A stretch of DNA of 63,833 nt, counting the filler, from Squatina squatina (Eukaryota), in NCBI GenBank assembly GCA_031763465.1. It is 4 parts of 4 records of this genome, joined end to end, with 100 filler letters (N's around TTAATTAATTAA, not from the genome) between each part and the next. Parts side by side here need not be neighbours in the genome. Positions count along the whole stretch, not along the records: positions 34,299 to 51,103 come from JARFOE010000057.1; positions 51,204 to 63,833 come from JARFOE010000230.1; 2 more parts are not named here. One strand, 5' to 3'. The translations under genes were made by a program, and so were the position numbers. This document shows positions 38,770-52,149 of this stretch, one piece after another (the stretch's first letter is position 1; the number at the start of each line of letters is the position of its first letter). The notes below the pieces were generated by a model. It saw nothing but the letters and a program-made list of their open reading frames with translations, was not told the DNA's origin and made no database searches.

Positions 38770-39450
38770 GGTAAGTTAGCTGAGCTCGGTGTGCCTCAAT
38801 GGATTTTGTGTCTCTAGGCTAGGATAGGGGGTGGTTAAAATCAGCTACAATTCCTACTCTTTATCCCTACCTGGTGACTCCTGCTGGAAAGTGTGTGTGT
38901 GTGAACATACAAAGGACAAGAAAATACAAGAACATACAAGAAAAGACCAACTGCTCCATCATACCTGTCCGAACCCACATGGTGCAATTGCTCAAATCAT
39001 TAAACCCATCCCACCCCACAGCCATGCAATCTCCTGGGAGATGCAAAAAAAAAATCAGGGAAAGAAACCTTTGGCCAATACAGGAAAACCTTCTGAAAAA
39101 TTCCTCTCTGATCCTCATACACAATCAAGCAAGCCCTGTGAGACCACAGTGACTGGTACCATCGACGTTCCATAACGTGAGATGAGTTCCACTCGCAAAA
39201 ACTCAGCCAGCTGTCTTTTGAATGTTTGTAGTGAATCTACACTCACCACATTTACCGGCAGCTTATTGGGTGAGATTGGATGAGCCTTAGCTGTGATGTC
39301 CCCACAGTCGAATAGCTGGCCAACACACATTGTCCAGGCTGGCACATAAAGAATGACCAGTCAGGCATCGGAGGGTGGATGGTACCCGTGCAACCATGGT
39401 CCGGCACGAGTCATTTCCTTCACGAGAGATGGGGAAAATTGGAGGGACAA
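38770..39450 (+). mobile_element. Second SINE-like family, split by an antisense CR1 3' end (about 38906-39268)
   Basis: Left half (aaaatcagc...cctgctggaaagtgtgtgtg) resembles 43810-44000 and 61265-61321. Right half (ctgtgatgtccccacagtcgaatag...aagaatg) resembles 24310-24470. The insert encodes NKLPVNVVSVDSLQTFKRQLAEFL on the - strand. Confidence 0.65.
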
Positions 39451-40734
39451 ATATAGAAGAAGAAAGAGAAACAATGAATGCTTTCAGGATAGTAATNNNN
39501 NNNNNNNNNNNNNNNNNNNNNNNNNNNNNNNNNNNNNNNNNNNNNNNNNNNNNNNNNNNNNNNNNNNNNNNNNNNNNNNNNNNNNNNNNNNNNNNNTGCC
39601 CCCACATTAGATCTCCAAAGAGAATTTTGAGGATACCTATTTCTTTCGGCATACATGCAGCTTTATGGGTTAGCCTCAATTCAATCCAACCACTGTGCTT
39701 AAACTGTGACAGTTTTTAGTCTGTATCAATGTTCATTGGCAGCAGGCAGTATGTAGCCTGTAATTGTATATTAATTGATCTTCAGTTTATGAAATTGCTA
39801 AAAACTAATGATCTTATTATGTGAATTTGGCAGCCTGTGCTTACCGATGCTTACGCTTACAGTATGCTCCTAATAGGCAGTAAAATAACAAATGAACTCC
39901 TGAATTGACATCTGGGTGGCAATTTGTTGCACAGAAGAGACTTCTGAAAAATTCTGACTTTGTTTCTTGCGACAACAAAGTAGAATCCCAGTAGCGCTTA
40001 GTAATGTTCAAAATGAAATACAGTTGATCCTTCCTGAAGCTTTTATAAGTGCGCTATAGCTAAATAAATTATTGCCCATTGTTCTTATTTAATAGTCTGA
40101 GGCTGGAATCCACATACATGCTAACTTAATGGCAGTGCTGTTATCTGCTCTTTTTCTTTCCATGACTATTGGTTTATTGAATTTATTCCAGACTCCGAAT
40201 GGTAAACTACTGCAGTGCAGATCACCAGGCTCTCCATCACTTAAACAAGGGTTCGGCTACCTTTTAGAGTCAATCCCAGGGGAGAAGTTTTACTATAGGC
40301 TGAAAGATTGGGGAACACTTGCCAAAATCCTTTTCTTTTAAATGATGTCCTGCAGGACCAGCTCTTTGAGGTTTTCCCAAATGACATGTCGTTTAAGTGA
40401 ATTTCGCATGTGTTTACTTTTCACGTGCTTTAAATAAAATTAGATTAGGCCTNNNNNNNNNNTCATAATTCTTTGTGAAAAATGGGATCATTATTCAATG
40501 TCCAATTACAATGGTCTCAATTGAAATTGGCTGCACATGGCACCGACAGCAATGATAAATTGATGGTTTGGCAGACTAAGTGTCACTGCTAATATTGCAA
40601 TCACCTTTACTAAACAAAATTTTGGCAGCCAGACCTACAACAAGAGTCAGCAGTGTTCAATATAAGCAGACTGCAAGTATATTGGGGGAAGTTTTAACCA
40701 ATTGGATGGAACACTGGTTTTACAGCCTGCCCAA

Positions 40735-40888
40735 TATTAATAATGGATGGAAGGTGAGGGCAACGGGAACCCTATGGTGGTTCTGGGAGGGAGGGGAAGG
40801 GGTGAGAGCAGAAATGCGTGAAATGGAACAGACACAGTCAAGGACCAGGTCAACCAGGTAGAGGGGAACCCTCGGTTGAGGAAAAAGG
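40735..40888 (-). mobile_element. Penelope-like retroelement fragment (RT to GIY-YIG linker)
   Basis: Frameshifted FFLNRGFPST / VDLVLDCVCSISRISALTPSPPSQNHHRVPVALTFHP, matching the recalled PLE pattern FxxRGFP...RVPLVLTYHP. Confidence 0.8.
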
Positions 40889-41068
40889 NNNNNNNNNNNN
40901 NNNNNNNNNNNNNNNNNNNNNNNNNNNNNNNNNNNNNNNNNNNNNNNNNNNNNNNNNNNNNNNNNNNNNNNNNNNNNNNNNNNNNNNNTGCATCTTTTTC
41001 CTGACCTGCTGCCAAGTCCTCTGAATGGAGAGGACAGCGTTGACACCATTCGGGACATATTATTATGG

Positions 41069-41170
41069 TAGGGTGACCAGATGTCCCGGTTTTGCCGGGT
41101 CAGACCTGGTTTTTCAGGACACGTCCCGGTGTCCCGACATCTTCAAATAGCTCAAATGTGCCGGTTTCTC
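41069..41170 (+). mobile_element. hAT-Blackjack-like DNA transposon terminus
   Basis: Starts tagggtgaccagatgtcccggttttgccggg with gtcccg subterminal repeats, like MER81/MER94/Blackjack ends (recalled). Confidence 0.7.
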
Positions 41171-41902
41171 GGAGCGAGAGCCAGAGCCCTGACTGCATTG
41201 TTATTCCCTTCTTTGCTCTTCAGGTGACTGTCCTTCCCCACCAGAAATGTGCTCCCATCTCTATGACTGTGCTCACCAGCATTTGCAGAGCTTCCTCACT
41301 GAAACCAGCTGCGCACTGCTATCGTTGAGCTATTTTTCACCCGCACTCCATGGCTTGATTCTCAGACGTTGTAGTGGTCGGGGTGAAGGAGCTTGTAAGC
41401 TGCCTTCAAACTCATGAAAACATCATCACTACAGGCACATCAGACTTATCTGCCACTGGTGAATTTGCATCTCTCGGCCAACACGCAGGAATGCTGCGTG
41501 CTACACCGTAAGCTCATACATTAAAATGTTGTATATTAAAAGAAAGCACGCATTACTGATTTTTTGAAATGAACAATGTTAGGCCAAAGTTTTTATCCTG
41601 AATGGCACAGAATGAGCGAAGAATGCAAATAGATGCTGAGTACCACCACTTTTTTTTTACTATTATCATATTCTTGTTTTTAGTTCACTGAATTCTGCCA
41701 AGTATTGTCAAGTTCATCATCTGTAATGACAGGCAGTGGAGGAAGGAGGTCTCTGTGGTGTTGGCAGCATCAGGCATTGGTGTACATTTATGTTTGACTA
41801 ATAAAAAACTATTACCATCACTGTTACTTTCCTATTTTTTTCTTTTGTTTTACTTACATATCACGTCTGTACAGTATGAAGAACAAATTACTTTTTTTTT
41901 AG

Positions 41903-42016
41903 GGACTAACAGGGATACGGTTCGCTGGAGGAGAAAAATGCTACATCAAAAGCCAAAACAAAATTATTCTTCCCAATACTGCGCCCATCAAGAATGATGA
42001 AGAATTGATTAGTCTG
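41903..42016 (+). CDS. Tenomodulin/chondromodulin-family BRICHOS-domain exon (exon 4 equivalent, 114 bp, phase 0-0)
   Basis: cttttttttttag-type pyrimidine acceptor and gtacgt donor. Encodes GLTGIRFAGGEKCYIKSQNKIILPNTAPIKNDEELISL; recalled human CNMD GITGIRFAGGEKCYIKAQVK and TNMD [23 protein letters not shown]. Not in the ORF track in this frame. Confidence 0.9.
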
Positions 42017-43809
42017 GTACGTATGAAAAGCTGCCAGTTCCTGAAGTGTTTCCTATGAGGTATAATAACTGCTTAACCCTTTCAAGGCTATAGTATGTCC
42101 ACAAATGAAATAAGGAAAAAAAAAAGTAGCTTTAATCACAAGTTTCTCTCTTTCTACTTTATTATTGTTTCAAAATGGCTGGAATATTATTTCTGCAGAT
42201 GGATTTTGACAAAAACAAAAATACTGAAAGGTGCCAAGCTCTTTCAGCAGTAGAGGGGGGAGTGTTCAACATAATGGCAAAAGACGTTCAAAAATGACTG
42301 AACTGATCATCATTTCTGTAACTATGCTAAGACTGGTTTATGTGAATGTCACAGAATCCCACAGAGATGTAGACCAATAGAAGCAAATGGTTACCAAGAC
42401 AACCACCTTAATTTTGTTCCCAGCAGGTCACAGAAGGCTAACAGTGGTCATGCATTTCTGGACACTTGTGATTTTTCAGCACTGCTCACTTAGAATATGT
42501 AAATGCTGTCCTAGTGATGTTTGAACATTGGAGCAGACATCTTTGCTGCTCCCACTTATTTAAGAGACAAAAGAAAATAATATGGGAAGTGGAATAGGGC
42601 AGCTCTGTTTAAGTCTAAGGTGAAGACACATTGTTGGGACAGAGTGAAGGGAATTTTACTACCAGACTGTTATATCCTGGATCATATCCATGCTATTCCT
42701 AACCTAATGCCTGTCTGGGTCTTCAAAGCGGAAAATTGTTCTATTCCTCAGCATTGACACCTCTCAGAGAAATTGTTTTAAAAAGTGATTTTTTTTCTTG
42801 TCCCGCACATTTAATAAACAGAACAGATGTTGGACAACAGTGCATCAGTACTCCTGTCCTCCTTAGTCAAGCAAAGGAAATTCGAACTTGCAGCTATGTT
42901 ATCCTCTGTTTGATAAAAGACGGGAGAATGTCTGTATTTTCCACCATGATTGCCCTGCTGACAAAATCATATTGCATAAATCACACAAGTTAAAGTTGCA
43001 CGAACTTGTGAGTTTGTTAATTATGCAGAAAAAGAGGCTNNNNNNNNNNNNNNNNNNNNNNNNNNNNNNNNNNNNNNNNNNNNNNNNNNNNNNNNNNNNN
43101 NNNNNNNNNNNNNNNNNNNNNNNNNNNNNNNNNNNNNNNATGCACTCTTTATTTAGGACAGATTCTGGTGCCTTTTCCGTGACTTTCTGAAGCCTTAGTT
43201 TTACAATGGTAATTATTATTCAATGTAATCAAAGCTAAAAAAAAATCAATTGTACATTCATAATAAGCAGCAACTTGGACACTTTTTAACAGATTTCCAA
43301 TTTTTAGTCATAAAAACTAATTTTAATATTCCCAATCTATTTTAATCATTCAGAGACAACTGGTGAAGACTAAGTACCATCAACCACTAGAGACTGAAGC
43401 TTAAATGAAGCTCAGGGATGCATGAAAAAAAAGTAATGGCTCCTTAAGCTGTTATGGGTCATAAATTATATAGGTCTGGCAGTTTTAGTCAAGGCCCCAA
43501 CAGGCTTGAGTTTACACCAAACAACTGGCTATATTTCTGCTATCTCAGCTGTTCTGGCTCAAAACAGTGTTTGAATGTCACATAGTGCAGTGAAGGATGG
43601 ACTCCTTGTCATAGGTTGATGGTGCATTGATTGCACAGACATTTTCAGGATGTACGCTATTATCAATAAGGTACAAAATTTGAGCCAGAAGTACTCTGTC
43701 AAAAAAAAAACTTATCTTTAGAAGCACCATGAAAGAAGATCAATATTAGCATATATAAAGGATGTGGGCCTTTGAACAAGAGAAGAGATTTAAGAGTGTG
43801 AAAGTACTC

Positions 43810-44000
43810 ACCCAAAGGTTCAGTGGGTTTATCCAGAGCATAGCTGAGTTTTCATGACCAGAAATGTCCCATGTTTGATCCTCGGCCTCTGCTGAGTTTG
43901 CTACCTCAGTCTGAGCACTGACAGGGACACTTCAATTGGCCTCATTATCCTCTAGTTAAGGAGGGAAAAATCAATCAAGCTTCCTGCGCTGATCACTGAC
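43810..44000 (+). mobile_element. tRNA-derived SINE-like element, 5' half (second family)
   Basis: Head with gtttgatcc B-box-like motif, then ctgctgagtttgct...caattggcctca...gggaaaaatca...ttcctgcgctgatcact. Confidence 0.55.
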
Positions 44001-44011
44001 ATGGGATGAGT

Positions 44012-44158
44012 GCAATTTTCATTTTGGGCGCAGATGGAAAATTGGCGATCGTGGATCAGCTGTCCGTTAAACAACCCGCGTGATATTTCTTTCTGTTGAA
44101 GTAAAACGGGTGGCTGATCCACAACTGCCAGTTCTCACTGCGCACAATTGAAAATTAC
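44012..44158. mobile_element. Fully palindromic MITE
   Basis: aattttca..gcgcag..gtggatcagc..ccgtt mirrored by aacgg..gctgatccac..ctgcgc..tgaaaatt. Confidence 0.8.
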
Positions 44159-44159
44159 A

Positions 44160-44362
44160 GTTTGTGTATAAGTGTGTCTTTGTTTATGTGTCAGTGCGTG
44201 TGGGTTTTTGCATGAGAGTGTGTGTATTTGTGTCTTAGTGTGTTTGTCTTTGTGTATGTATTTGTGTGTTTGTTTGTCTATCTTTGTATATGTTTGTGTG
44301 TGTGTGTGTGTGTTTGTCTGTATTTTTCTATGTGTCTGTCTGTGTATACGTGTGTGTGTGTG
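44160..44362. repeat. Degenerate (TG)n low-complexity tract
   Basis: Seen directly; source of the Cys/Val and His/Thr-rich ORFs. Confidence 0.92.
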
Positions 44363-46067
44363 ATCCTGAGATCTCATCAGTTGATATTAACTTCAGGGGA
44401 GGAGGAATTCGGATCGCTCACATTTCAGTGTAGTTTGGAAAAATGTCAATGTAGTATGTGGTGAACAGACGTAACCCTGGCGGGACTGTTATTTTTTAAC
44501 CCTATGACATGGTGTTATAAACAGTACCCCGGAGCCCCCTATCACTACTGCCAAAGAACGCCCACCTCCAACTAAGGCACCTCAATTAAACTCACCAAAG
44601 GACTGCTTTTGCCAGCTCTTTCTCCCCCTGATCACTAATACCACTGCAGATAAAAACGTTCCCATTCAGCCAACGTAAATATCGCAGCACACTTAAAAAG
44701 TAGCACTTAGTGTTGCCATGAAACTTGGCGTCAAATTACAGACAGAACAAGAATTGAAAACAGTTGGAATGAAAAACCAGGATCAGCAGAAGTGGAGCGA
44801 TTTGAAGGCCACATTTAAATTCAGGGGTGCAGACAATGGGTATAATCTGCGCAGGATATTCTGTCACAGTCACTGATGTTGTCTGAACCCTACAGTTAAC
44901 TATGTGACCTTGCAGTCACTCCCTGCTATCCAGTATTGTGTATGTGTTGTTTGATAAGGTTATGTTCTTCTTAAGACTGTCTTTTCTTTCCCTTTGGCAA
45001 GATTGAGTGCAGTCAGTGAACCAGCAGAAGATTACAAGGGGTTTGGTGAACCTTCACGTCAGTAAGATTTCTGTTCCCTTTTTTAAAAGAACATCTGGTC
45101 TTGATGTACTTTGCAGCAACATGCTTCATCCAATTTTTTATTGGCCCATCTTTGGCTGTTTGCTGAACAAAGGTCAAAATATGTATAAAAAAAGAATCAT
45201 GATGTTTTTATGAATTCATATAAAGCGCTCCAAAAATGATACAGATAATTTATGTTAGACTGTCGTGTTTAACTCAATTTGTTTAAATCTAGGGCTAGAA
45301 TGTGTCAGCGAGATTAGGTTCGTTTCGGGNNNNNNNNNNNNNNNNNNNNNNNNNNNNNNNNNNNNNNNNNNNNNNNNNNNNNNNNNNNNNNNNNNNNNNN
45401 NNNNNNNNNNNNNNNNNNNNNNNNNNNNNTCCGAGACCTCTCTATGAAAATTAGCTCTTCCTAGATAACATTCCTTTTGATCTGTTACACTACCCTTTTT
45501 CACTTCTAGTGATCTTATTTTCATTCCATCACACTCCCGTCAGTAAGAATCTATTCCATGCAAAAGTCTCTCCACACCTCAAATCAGATGTTATTTTGAA
45601 AGAGGCTTTAGCATAAGAATGAGGTTTACTTGCATTTTCGATTAATAAACTCACTTGAGAAGCAAGAATACTAGCTGATGAATATTACTAAAACCTTCTG
45701 CTAAGGAACTGATTCTTGTTTATTGTTTTTTATTCTTTTTCTGAACAACTATCTTTTTAAAATTACTTCCAAGACAATCCTATTTCTTTTTTTGCAATAG
45801 CAGTTAAAAATAAGAGTCCCAAGCACTTCAGTAAAAATCATTTCCCTTGCCACAAAAGTAGCACCTTACTTTACCACCAGCCTTTAGGAGTGCCACTCCA
45901 ATGGACCGCTCTGCAACCATCGAGGCAGGAAGTACAATAATGTTCTAATCTAGCGTGGCATGCTTTGTCTCAGCAATTTCATTGAAAATTTTAGGTGAAT
46001 GAGCCCAAAATTCCACGGGGTTCCCTTGCGTGAGACCAGCTGAACCCCCAGAAAAATGGCAAAAATA

Positions 46068-46182
46068 ACAACAACAATTTATATAGCATTTATATAGCAC
46101 CTTTAACACAATAAAACATCCCAAGGTGCGTCACGGGAGCTATATTAAACAAAATTTGACACCGAGCCATAAAAGGAGATAT
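46068..46182 (-). mobile_element. L2-type 3' tail, antisense
   Basis: acaacaacaa...gcatttatatagcacctttaac...catcccaaggtgc...tttgacaccgagcca; shares the last motif with 4398-4420. Confidence 0.75.
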
Positions 46183-46663
46183 GTGCCATTTCTTCCGCCT
46201 CCCTTCCCATGTTGTACACATATTCTTATTTATTTACGTAACTGCGATAATCCTACACTTCATAACTGCAATCTCTCATCCCTGGAAAATATCTAGTGAT
46301 TCTCTGCAGCGCCTAATCCATTGCTTTTATATTCTTCCAATACCAACACACAACACAACAACTGAAGCCTAACTAAGAACTTGCANNNNNNNNNNNNNNN
46401 NNNNNNNNNNNNNNNNNNNNNNNNNNNNNNNNNNNNNNNNNNNNNNNNNNNNNNNNNNNNNNNNNNNNNNNNNNNNNNNNNNNNNCTGATCTTTGCTCGG
46501 ACCTGTTCCCCCCCACTCCACTGCATGTCGAGCTCTGAGGAGATTCTGGGCCTCTGTCACTTACTTTCACAGCACAAACGGCAATTTGGGACGCAACAAA
46601 GTAAAGTTGGTTGCAGAGTGGGAGATTCTCTGCAGTGCAGGTTGAGGATTTGGAAGGCACAAA

Positions 46664-46775
46664 ACTGAAGTGCTACAGTGCTACCACTGGCAGGAGAGTG
46701 TAATTACAGTGTAACCTGTTTACATAGCCATTTCCCATTATAAATGTCAACATAAGAATTCATAATGAGAAAAAT
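46664..46775. repeat. Palindromic interspersed repeat, copy 2 (right arm)
   Basis: tgctaccactggcaggagagtgtaattacagt...gtttacat...cattataa...ataatg matches 851-940. Confidence 0.75.
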
Positions 46776-46809
46776 TGACACGAACTGCACGCAGCCATAA
46801 GTTTCTTAA

Positions 46810-47127
<318 letters not shown>

Positions 47128-50100
47128 GAAGAGTTCTCTGCAATAAGTGCATCAGCAGACTGGAGCATCTATTCCAGCCTCTTTGTTTCTCCCTCCTCCA
47201 AAATGCTCAGGCCTTTGTATCCATTTGTCAACCATTTTTAAATTATCAGCTCATGGTTCCATTAAAACAAGGAATTCAAACATTCCACTTTCCTCTAAGT
47301 GCATAAGATCACACACCGCATCTTTGGAACTTCATTCTAGTCATCTTTTGTTGGACTTAACATTTCATTTATTGTGTGGGAGTATGTTTAGTTTATGGTT
47401 GACAGCCAATGTTTCTCAGTGAACCCCAAGCTTCCGCCTTTGATATCACTAGCAAACACCAGACATTCTGATCCAGAAGAATGACAGTTCTTCATTTTAG
47501 AATTTCAATTTTAATGTTAACTTTCTGGACATTTGCCAAAATATTCAAATAAGGAAATACATTAAACAACCTGACAAACAAAAGCTTATTTCTCGACTAC
47601 AGAAAGTCATTCAGTCCTGTGGAGAATCATGGGCTCCACATAAGACATTATAAACAACTACACCCACGCAAAAAAACAAAATTAAGGACATTTTATTTTA
47701 AATAGTAAACTTTTAAGCATTAATCATAGAATTTTTCATGATGCCCACATAAAGGTCCTGTTTATCCAGCAGGGCACAAATTATAAAAAATATATGTACT
47801 TAATCATAATTTGCATATGTAAAATGATCTCTTCTGCCACTCATGGTACTGACTTTAATATCTCACTATCCTTGGTTAAGAAAATAGTACCATCTTCATT
47901 GTAAATATGTTGCATGCCTAATCTGGAATTTCATACTGCAAACCTTTTGATCCAGTATTATATTCCATACACATTATATATATATGCATTATTGTAGAAA
48001 TATATTGTATTTAGACTGGGGTCTTTTTGTTTTCACAAAATTAATAAGTATATCTTGTCCTAAGAAACAAGATGGAATTTAATTTCTTTCAACCTCTCGT
48101 GTTTCAAGGCCTGTATGTCACACTTCACATGTCACACACACACACAAATTTCTGCTGTTTGAAGAGAGAGGGGAAAAGTCAATCATTTCCAATGTACAGA
48201 GAAACATCCTTCACCTGACCTCTAATTGACCTGATGATCTGCTAAAAGCAATAAGACACTAATTGGCCCAGGAAGGCACTGCAATTACACTTTAAGGCCA
48301 AAACGGGACACAGTAAGCTGCATATATCTGCTTTAGCAGCAAAATAATACATTTTGCATTACCTGGGGGTCATTTTAACATAACCCGCCTGTTTTACACC
48401 TCACCTGGATTTTACTATCCATGGGAAGTAACCCCACTGTGAGCAGCCGCAACGGAGAACCACTCGCAATTACCAAAAAAAGCAGGTTTTAAAAGATAAC
48501 TAGTATTTTTTTTAATATTGCCTGAGCTTATTGTTTAGATTTACACTCTCTATCATAGTTAAAATCCCCTGCCATATAGGTTTAAATGGGGACAAGAAAC
48601 AGCTGGGCCAGCAAACAGTTCTAGCTCACCCCGACTGTCGGCAAATCCAATTAAGTACAGAGAATATGCACGTCACAAACCACAGCAACATTTCCACGTT
48701 CACTACAGGTAAGCAAACTGAATTTTTAAAAAGCTTAGTAAAGAAATAGTGCGAAACAGGTCACCAATAGCGAAAGACCAGCGATGCACAGATACCAAGC
48801 AAGTGTGTTGCTGACACTATAACAGTGCTGAGAAAGAGCAGAGTAACAGGCCCACTTTTTAATATGTGGTTAATAGTTTACCTAGATACTTGTGCAAGTA
48901 GCAACTTAAGTAGAAGTAATATTTGGCACAGTTCAGAGATTGAACTGAAAGAAGTCAGGTTATGTTGGCCAAACGTCCACTTTCACAATACAGGCATGGT
49001 TTATACGCAGTGTAGGATGTTGCAAGTTTCAGTATGTTATGGGTTGTGGCAGTGTTTGAACTTGCAATCAGTTCAACTCTCCTTATTAATGAGGAATTAA
49101 AAGACATTATATTCCTACTGTAGAATATGCCAGTGATTGGAAATGGATTAAAACTGGATAAGCCACCCTGATTTCTAAAGCTCTGTAATTGTTGTCTTTA
49201 CTAGAAATAAATATGATTGAGCTGGCATTTGCAGCCAGCCCATATGAAAGGTGGTAGGGGTGCCTGAGAGGTTCAAATCTGCAGGATGGGTCATTTTTCA
49301 CATGACGCATGAATTCCAAGCCAGATTGAGTTAAGAACATAATTGAATTGGTTCCATGTAAAATCAGGGATATTTATAGCAAACGCATGTTCAATTTTTC
49401 CAGTGTTGAGGAGTTGGCATCTGGTACAAGCAGCAAAGTGCACATCTAGCTCTTGCTCAGCACCAGTACCATCCATTGAGCACCCAGCTGAAATCAAAAT
49501 GATGGCAATTTAGTGCAGCTTGGCCTAGCTGAATTCAAAATGTTTGCATCCTGATGAGAAATTCCTGGAATTGTGGTGTTCAGTCCCATGGACATCCATG
49601 TCACATTTGGGTTTGCTTTGATTGGCTGCTATTTCCCTCCTTCGATTAATGTCTGCCCTCCTCCTAACCACCGCTGGAACACCGAGCATTGTGTTTCACA
49701 CAAAAAGGGTCTAATACTCGTTCGTACCCTACGACACTCCTTAGGATTCTTGCTGCATTCAACTTTTAGAGGCTTACGATAAGCACACATCCAGCTGAGG
49801 GAAAAGAATTGGCGTGATGGATAGGCCTGTGACTTTAATTCACAGCCTTCTCATATAATAATGTCAATACCTTTAAGTCATTTCTCAGCACACATTACTT
49901 GGGATGGAGCCAAATTGATTACACTATATGGTATTACAAGGATGATTTTTAACTGTACCTGTTTATAGTTGGTTCAAAAATGTAATAGTGTAACATTGCA
50001 TGGCTTAATAAAAAGTTTGTAACAAATGTGCAAGAACAGTTTTGTGTTATTTCCCACTCTCATTNNNNNNNNNNNNNNNNNNNNNNNNNNNNNNNNNNNN

Positions 50101-51103
50101 NNNNNNNNNNNNNNNNNNNNNNNNNNNNNNNNNNNNNNNNNNNNNNNNNNNNNNNNNNNNNNNNTCTAAGTCCTTTGTATTTGAATCGGGCAGTCGACGG
50201 TTCTCTGCATATAACCAAAGCAGGAGTAACCGGGCTGCCAATAGGTGCACAGCAAGACTCCAGGTTGAGGAGCGAGCAGAGTGTGCGACCTACAAGACCC
50301 TACCCCCGTACATTTGCATTATTTTGCCTTATACCACCACCGCAAGCAGTAATTTTTTAATAAATTGATCCAGACTAAAAAGAATAATTTGAAATGTCAG
50401 CCCAAAGTGTCTAACGTGATGCAGGATAATGCTATAAAGCACAATGAACTGACTGTTTAAGTGTTTTAATAAATATAATTTTTGTTTTATTTGAACAGAC
50501 TGTGGAAAATGTAAAAAGCCAGATTTATAGCATCTTTAATCTAAGCTTTCAGTTAAGCTTTTTGGTGCAGATTTGAAGGCTGCCGTGGACTGAAAATTAT
50601 AGCTTGACTTCAGTAGCCCATTAAATTCTGAATCTACAGTCATTGCCAAAATTACAAGGAACAGCCACAAGGGATTTAATTAATATTCATTGAATTACTG
50701 ATTGCCACCGTATCTGAATATTAATTTGGTACTCAAACTTGTAATTGTTTAATCTCTCTTTCTAAATTGTAGCATGTTGAGTAAAGTCTCACTGGAAAAA
50801 ACTCTTGCATCAGTACACAGTTACAGGTCTGAAAGAGAAAAATATAGTACATTCTAGCCTCTTTCATCTGTGCTGCACTAAATACCTTTGAAACTTCATC
50901 CCTATCTCTTGATTTTTAATTAACTTTGTAAGGACTCAGTGCTACAGTTTCCTTGCACATCTGCCTGTTCATTGCTGGTAGTAACTTGCATATTGAAGAG
51001 CTGTCATCACTCTGAACAATTGTCAGAAAACTTTGGAACTTGCAAAGTGCAATGATGTTTCTTCACACAAGGGTGATGTTATTCATATCACAAAACATCA
51101 ACT

Positions 51104-51203
51104 NNNNNNNNNNNNNNNNNNNNNNNNNNNNNNNNNNNNNNNNNNNNTTAATTAATTAANNNNNNNNNNNNNNNNNNNNNNNNNNNNNNNNNNNNNNNNN
51201 NNN
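51104..51203. other. Assembly linker N44-TTAATTAATTAA-N44
   Basis: Same structure; 12-mer at 51148-51159. Confidence 0.95.
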
Positions 51204-51360
51204 CATCCACTGGTTCTCCCTTATCTATTCTACCAGTTACATCCTCAAAAAATTCCAATAGATTTGTCAAGCATGATTTTGCTTTTGTAAATCCATGCTG
51301 ACTTTGTCCGATCCTGTCACTGTTTTCCAAGTGCTCTGCGATTACATCTTTCATAATGGA
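51204..51360 (-). mobile_element. CR1 LINE reverse transcriptase fragment
   Basis: KDVIAEHLENSDRIGQSQHGFTKAKSCLTNLLEFFEDVTGRIDKGEPVD is the canonical CR1 RT motif. Confidence 0.93.
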
Positions 51361-51364
51361 CTCA

Positions 51365-51462
51365 GGCGATGTAGCTCTCCCTCAGTACTGCACTGAAGTG
51401 TCAGCCTGGATTATGTGCTTGTGTCTGTAATCAAGCTTGAGAGTACAACCAACTGAGCCAAA
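51365..51462 (-). mobile_element. Deu-SINE 5' fragment, antisense
   Basis: ctccctcagtactgcactgaagtgtcagcctggattatgtgc...actgagcca. Confidence 0.7.
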
Positions 51463-51817
51463 GTGGTAGTGTAGCGGTACGAATGGCCTCGGTTTTAATT
51501 CAGACTGTCTGGCAGAAACCGCGCGGGGGTGGGGCAGGGGCTTAAATTGCTGTTTCAGGCAAGTGAGGGGATCCCCGCAGGAAGGCAGCAGGTTCTTTCT
51601 TTAAATGTGCAGATGGCATTCCGTTGACGTCATCCTCAATTTGGTCGGAGGCCTGAGCGGGGGCGGGGTGAGGAATGAGAGCTTCTTCCCCAGGCCAGAT
51701 CTCCAGGAGCGGGATTGTGAACCAGGGTATTTATATTTAGGTTTCCTTGTGGGCGAATGGAGGGGCAGGAGGAGTTCCTCCAAGCCTCACAAGGAAACCT
51801 TGGGTCTCTCTTACCGC

Positions 51818-52149
51818 GAGCACATAATCCAGGCTGGCACTCCCAGTGCAGTGCTGAGGGAGTGCTTCACGTTCGGAGGGCCATCTTTCGGGTGGATGTA
51901 AAAGATCCCACGGTGCTACTTCAAAGAAGGGTAAGGGAGTTTTCCATGGTGCCCTGGCTCACATTTTCCCCTCAACCAATAGCACTAAAAAAGATTAACT
52001 GCTCATTTAACTTATTGCTGTTTGTGGTACATTGCCGTGTGCAAGTTGGATGCCGCTGTTCCCCATAAAACAATCAGCAACTCCGGGTTGAAAGTACTTC
52101 ATTGGCTGTACAGCACGCTAGGATGTCCTGAGGATGTAAATAGAACTAT
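51818..52149 (+). mobile_element. Deu-SINE copy whose tail is interrupted by a MITE
   Basis: gcacataatccaggctgg...gtaaaagatcccacgg...ggatgtcctgagg...aactat. Confidence 0.85.

Noticed and set aside
39905-39960. IWVA motif suggesting TNMD/CNMD exon 5
   Set aside because: Flanked by stops, lacks the following motifs, and lies upstream of the exon 4 equivalent.
44135-44464. Cys/Val-rich and His/Thr-rich ORFs
   Set aside because: Translations of the degenerate TG tract.
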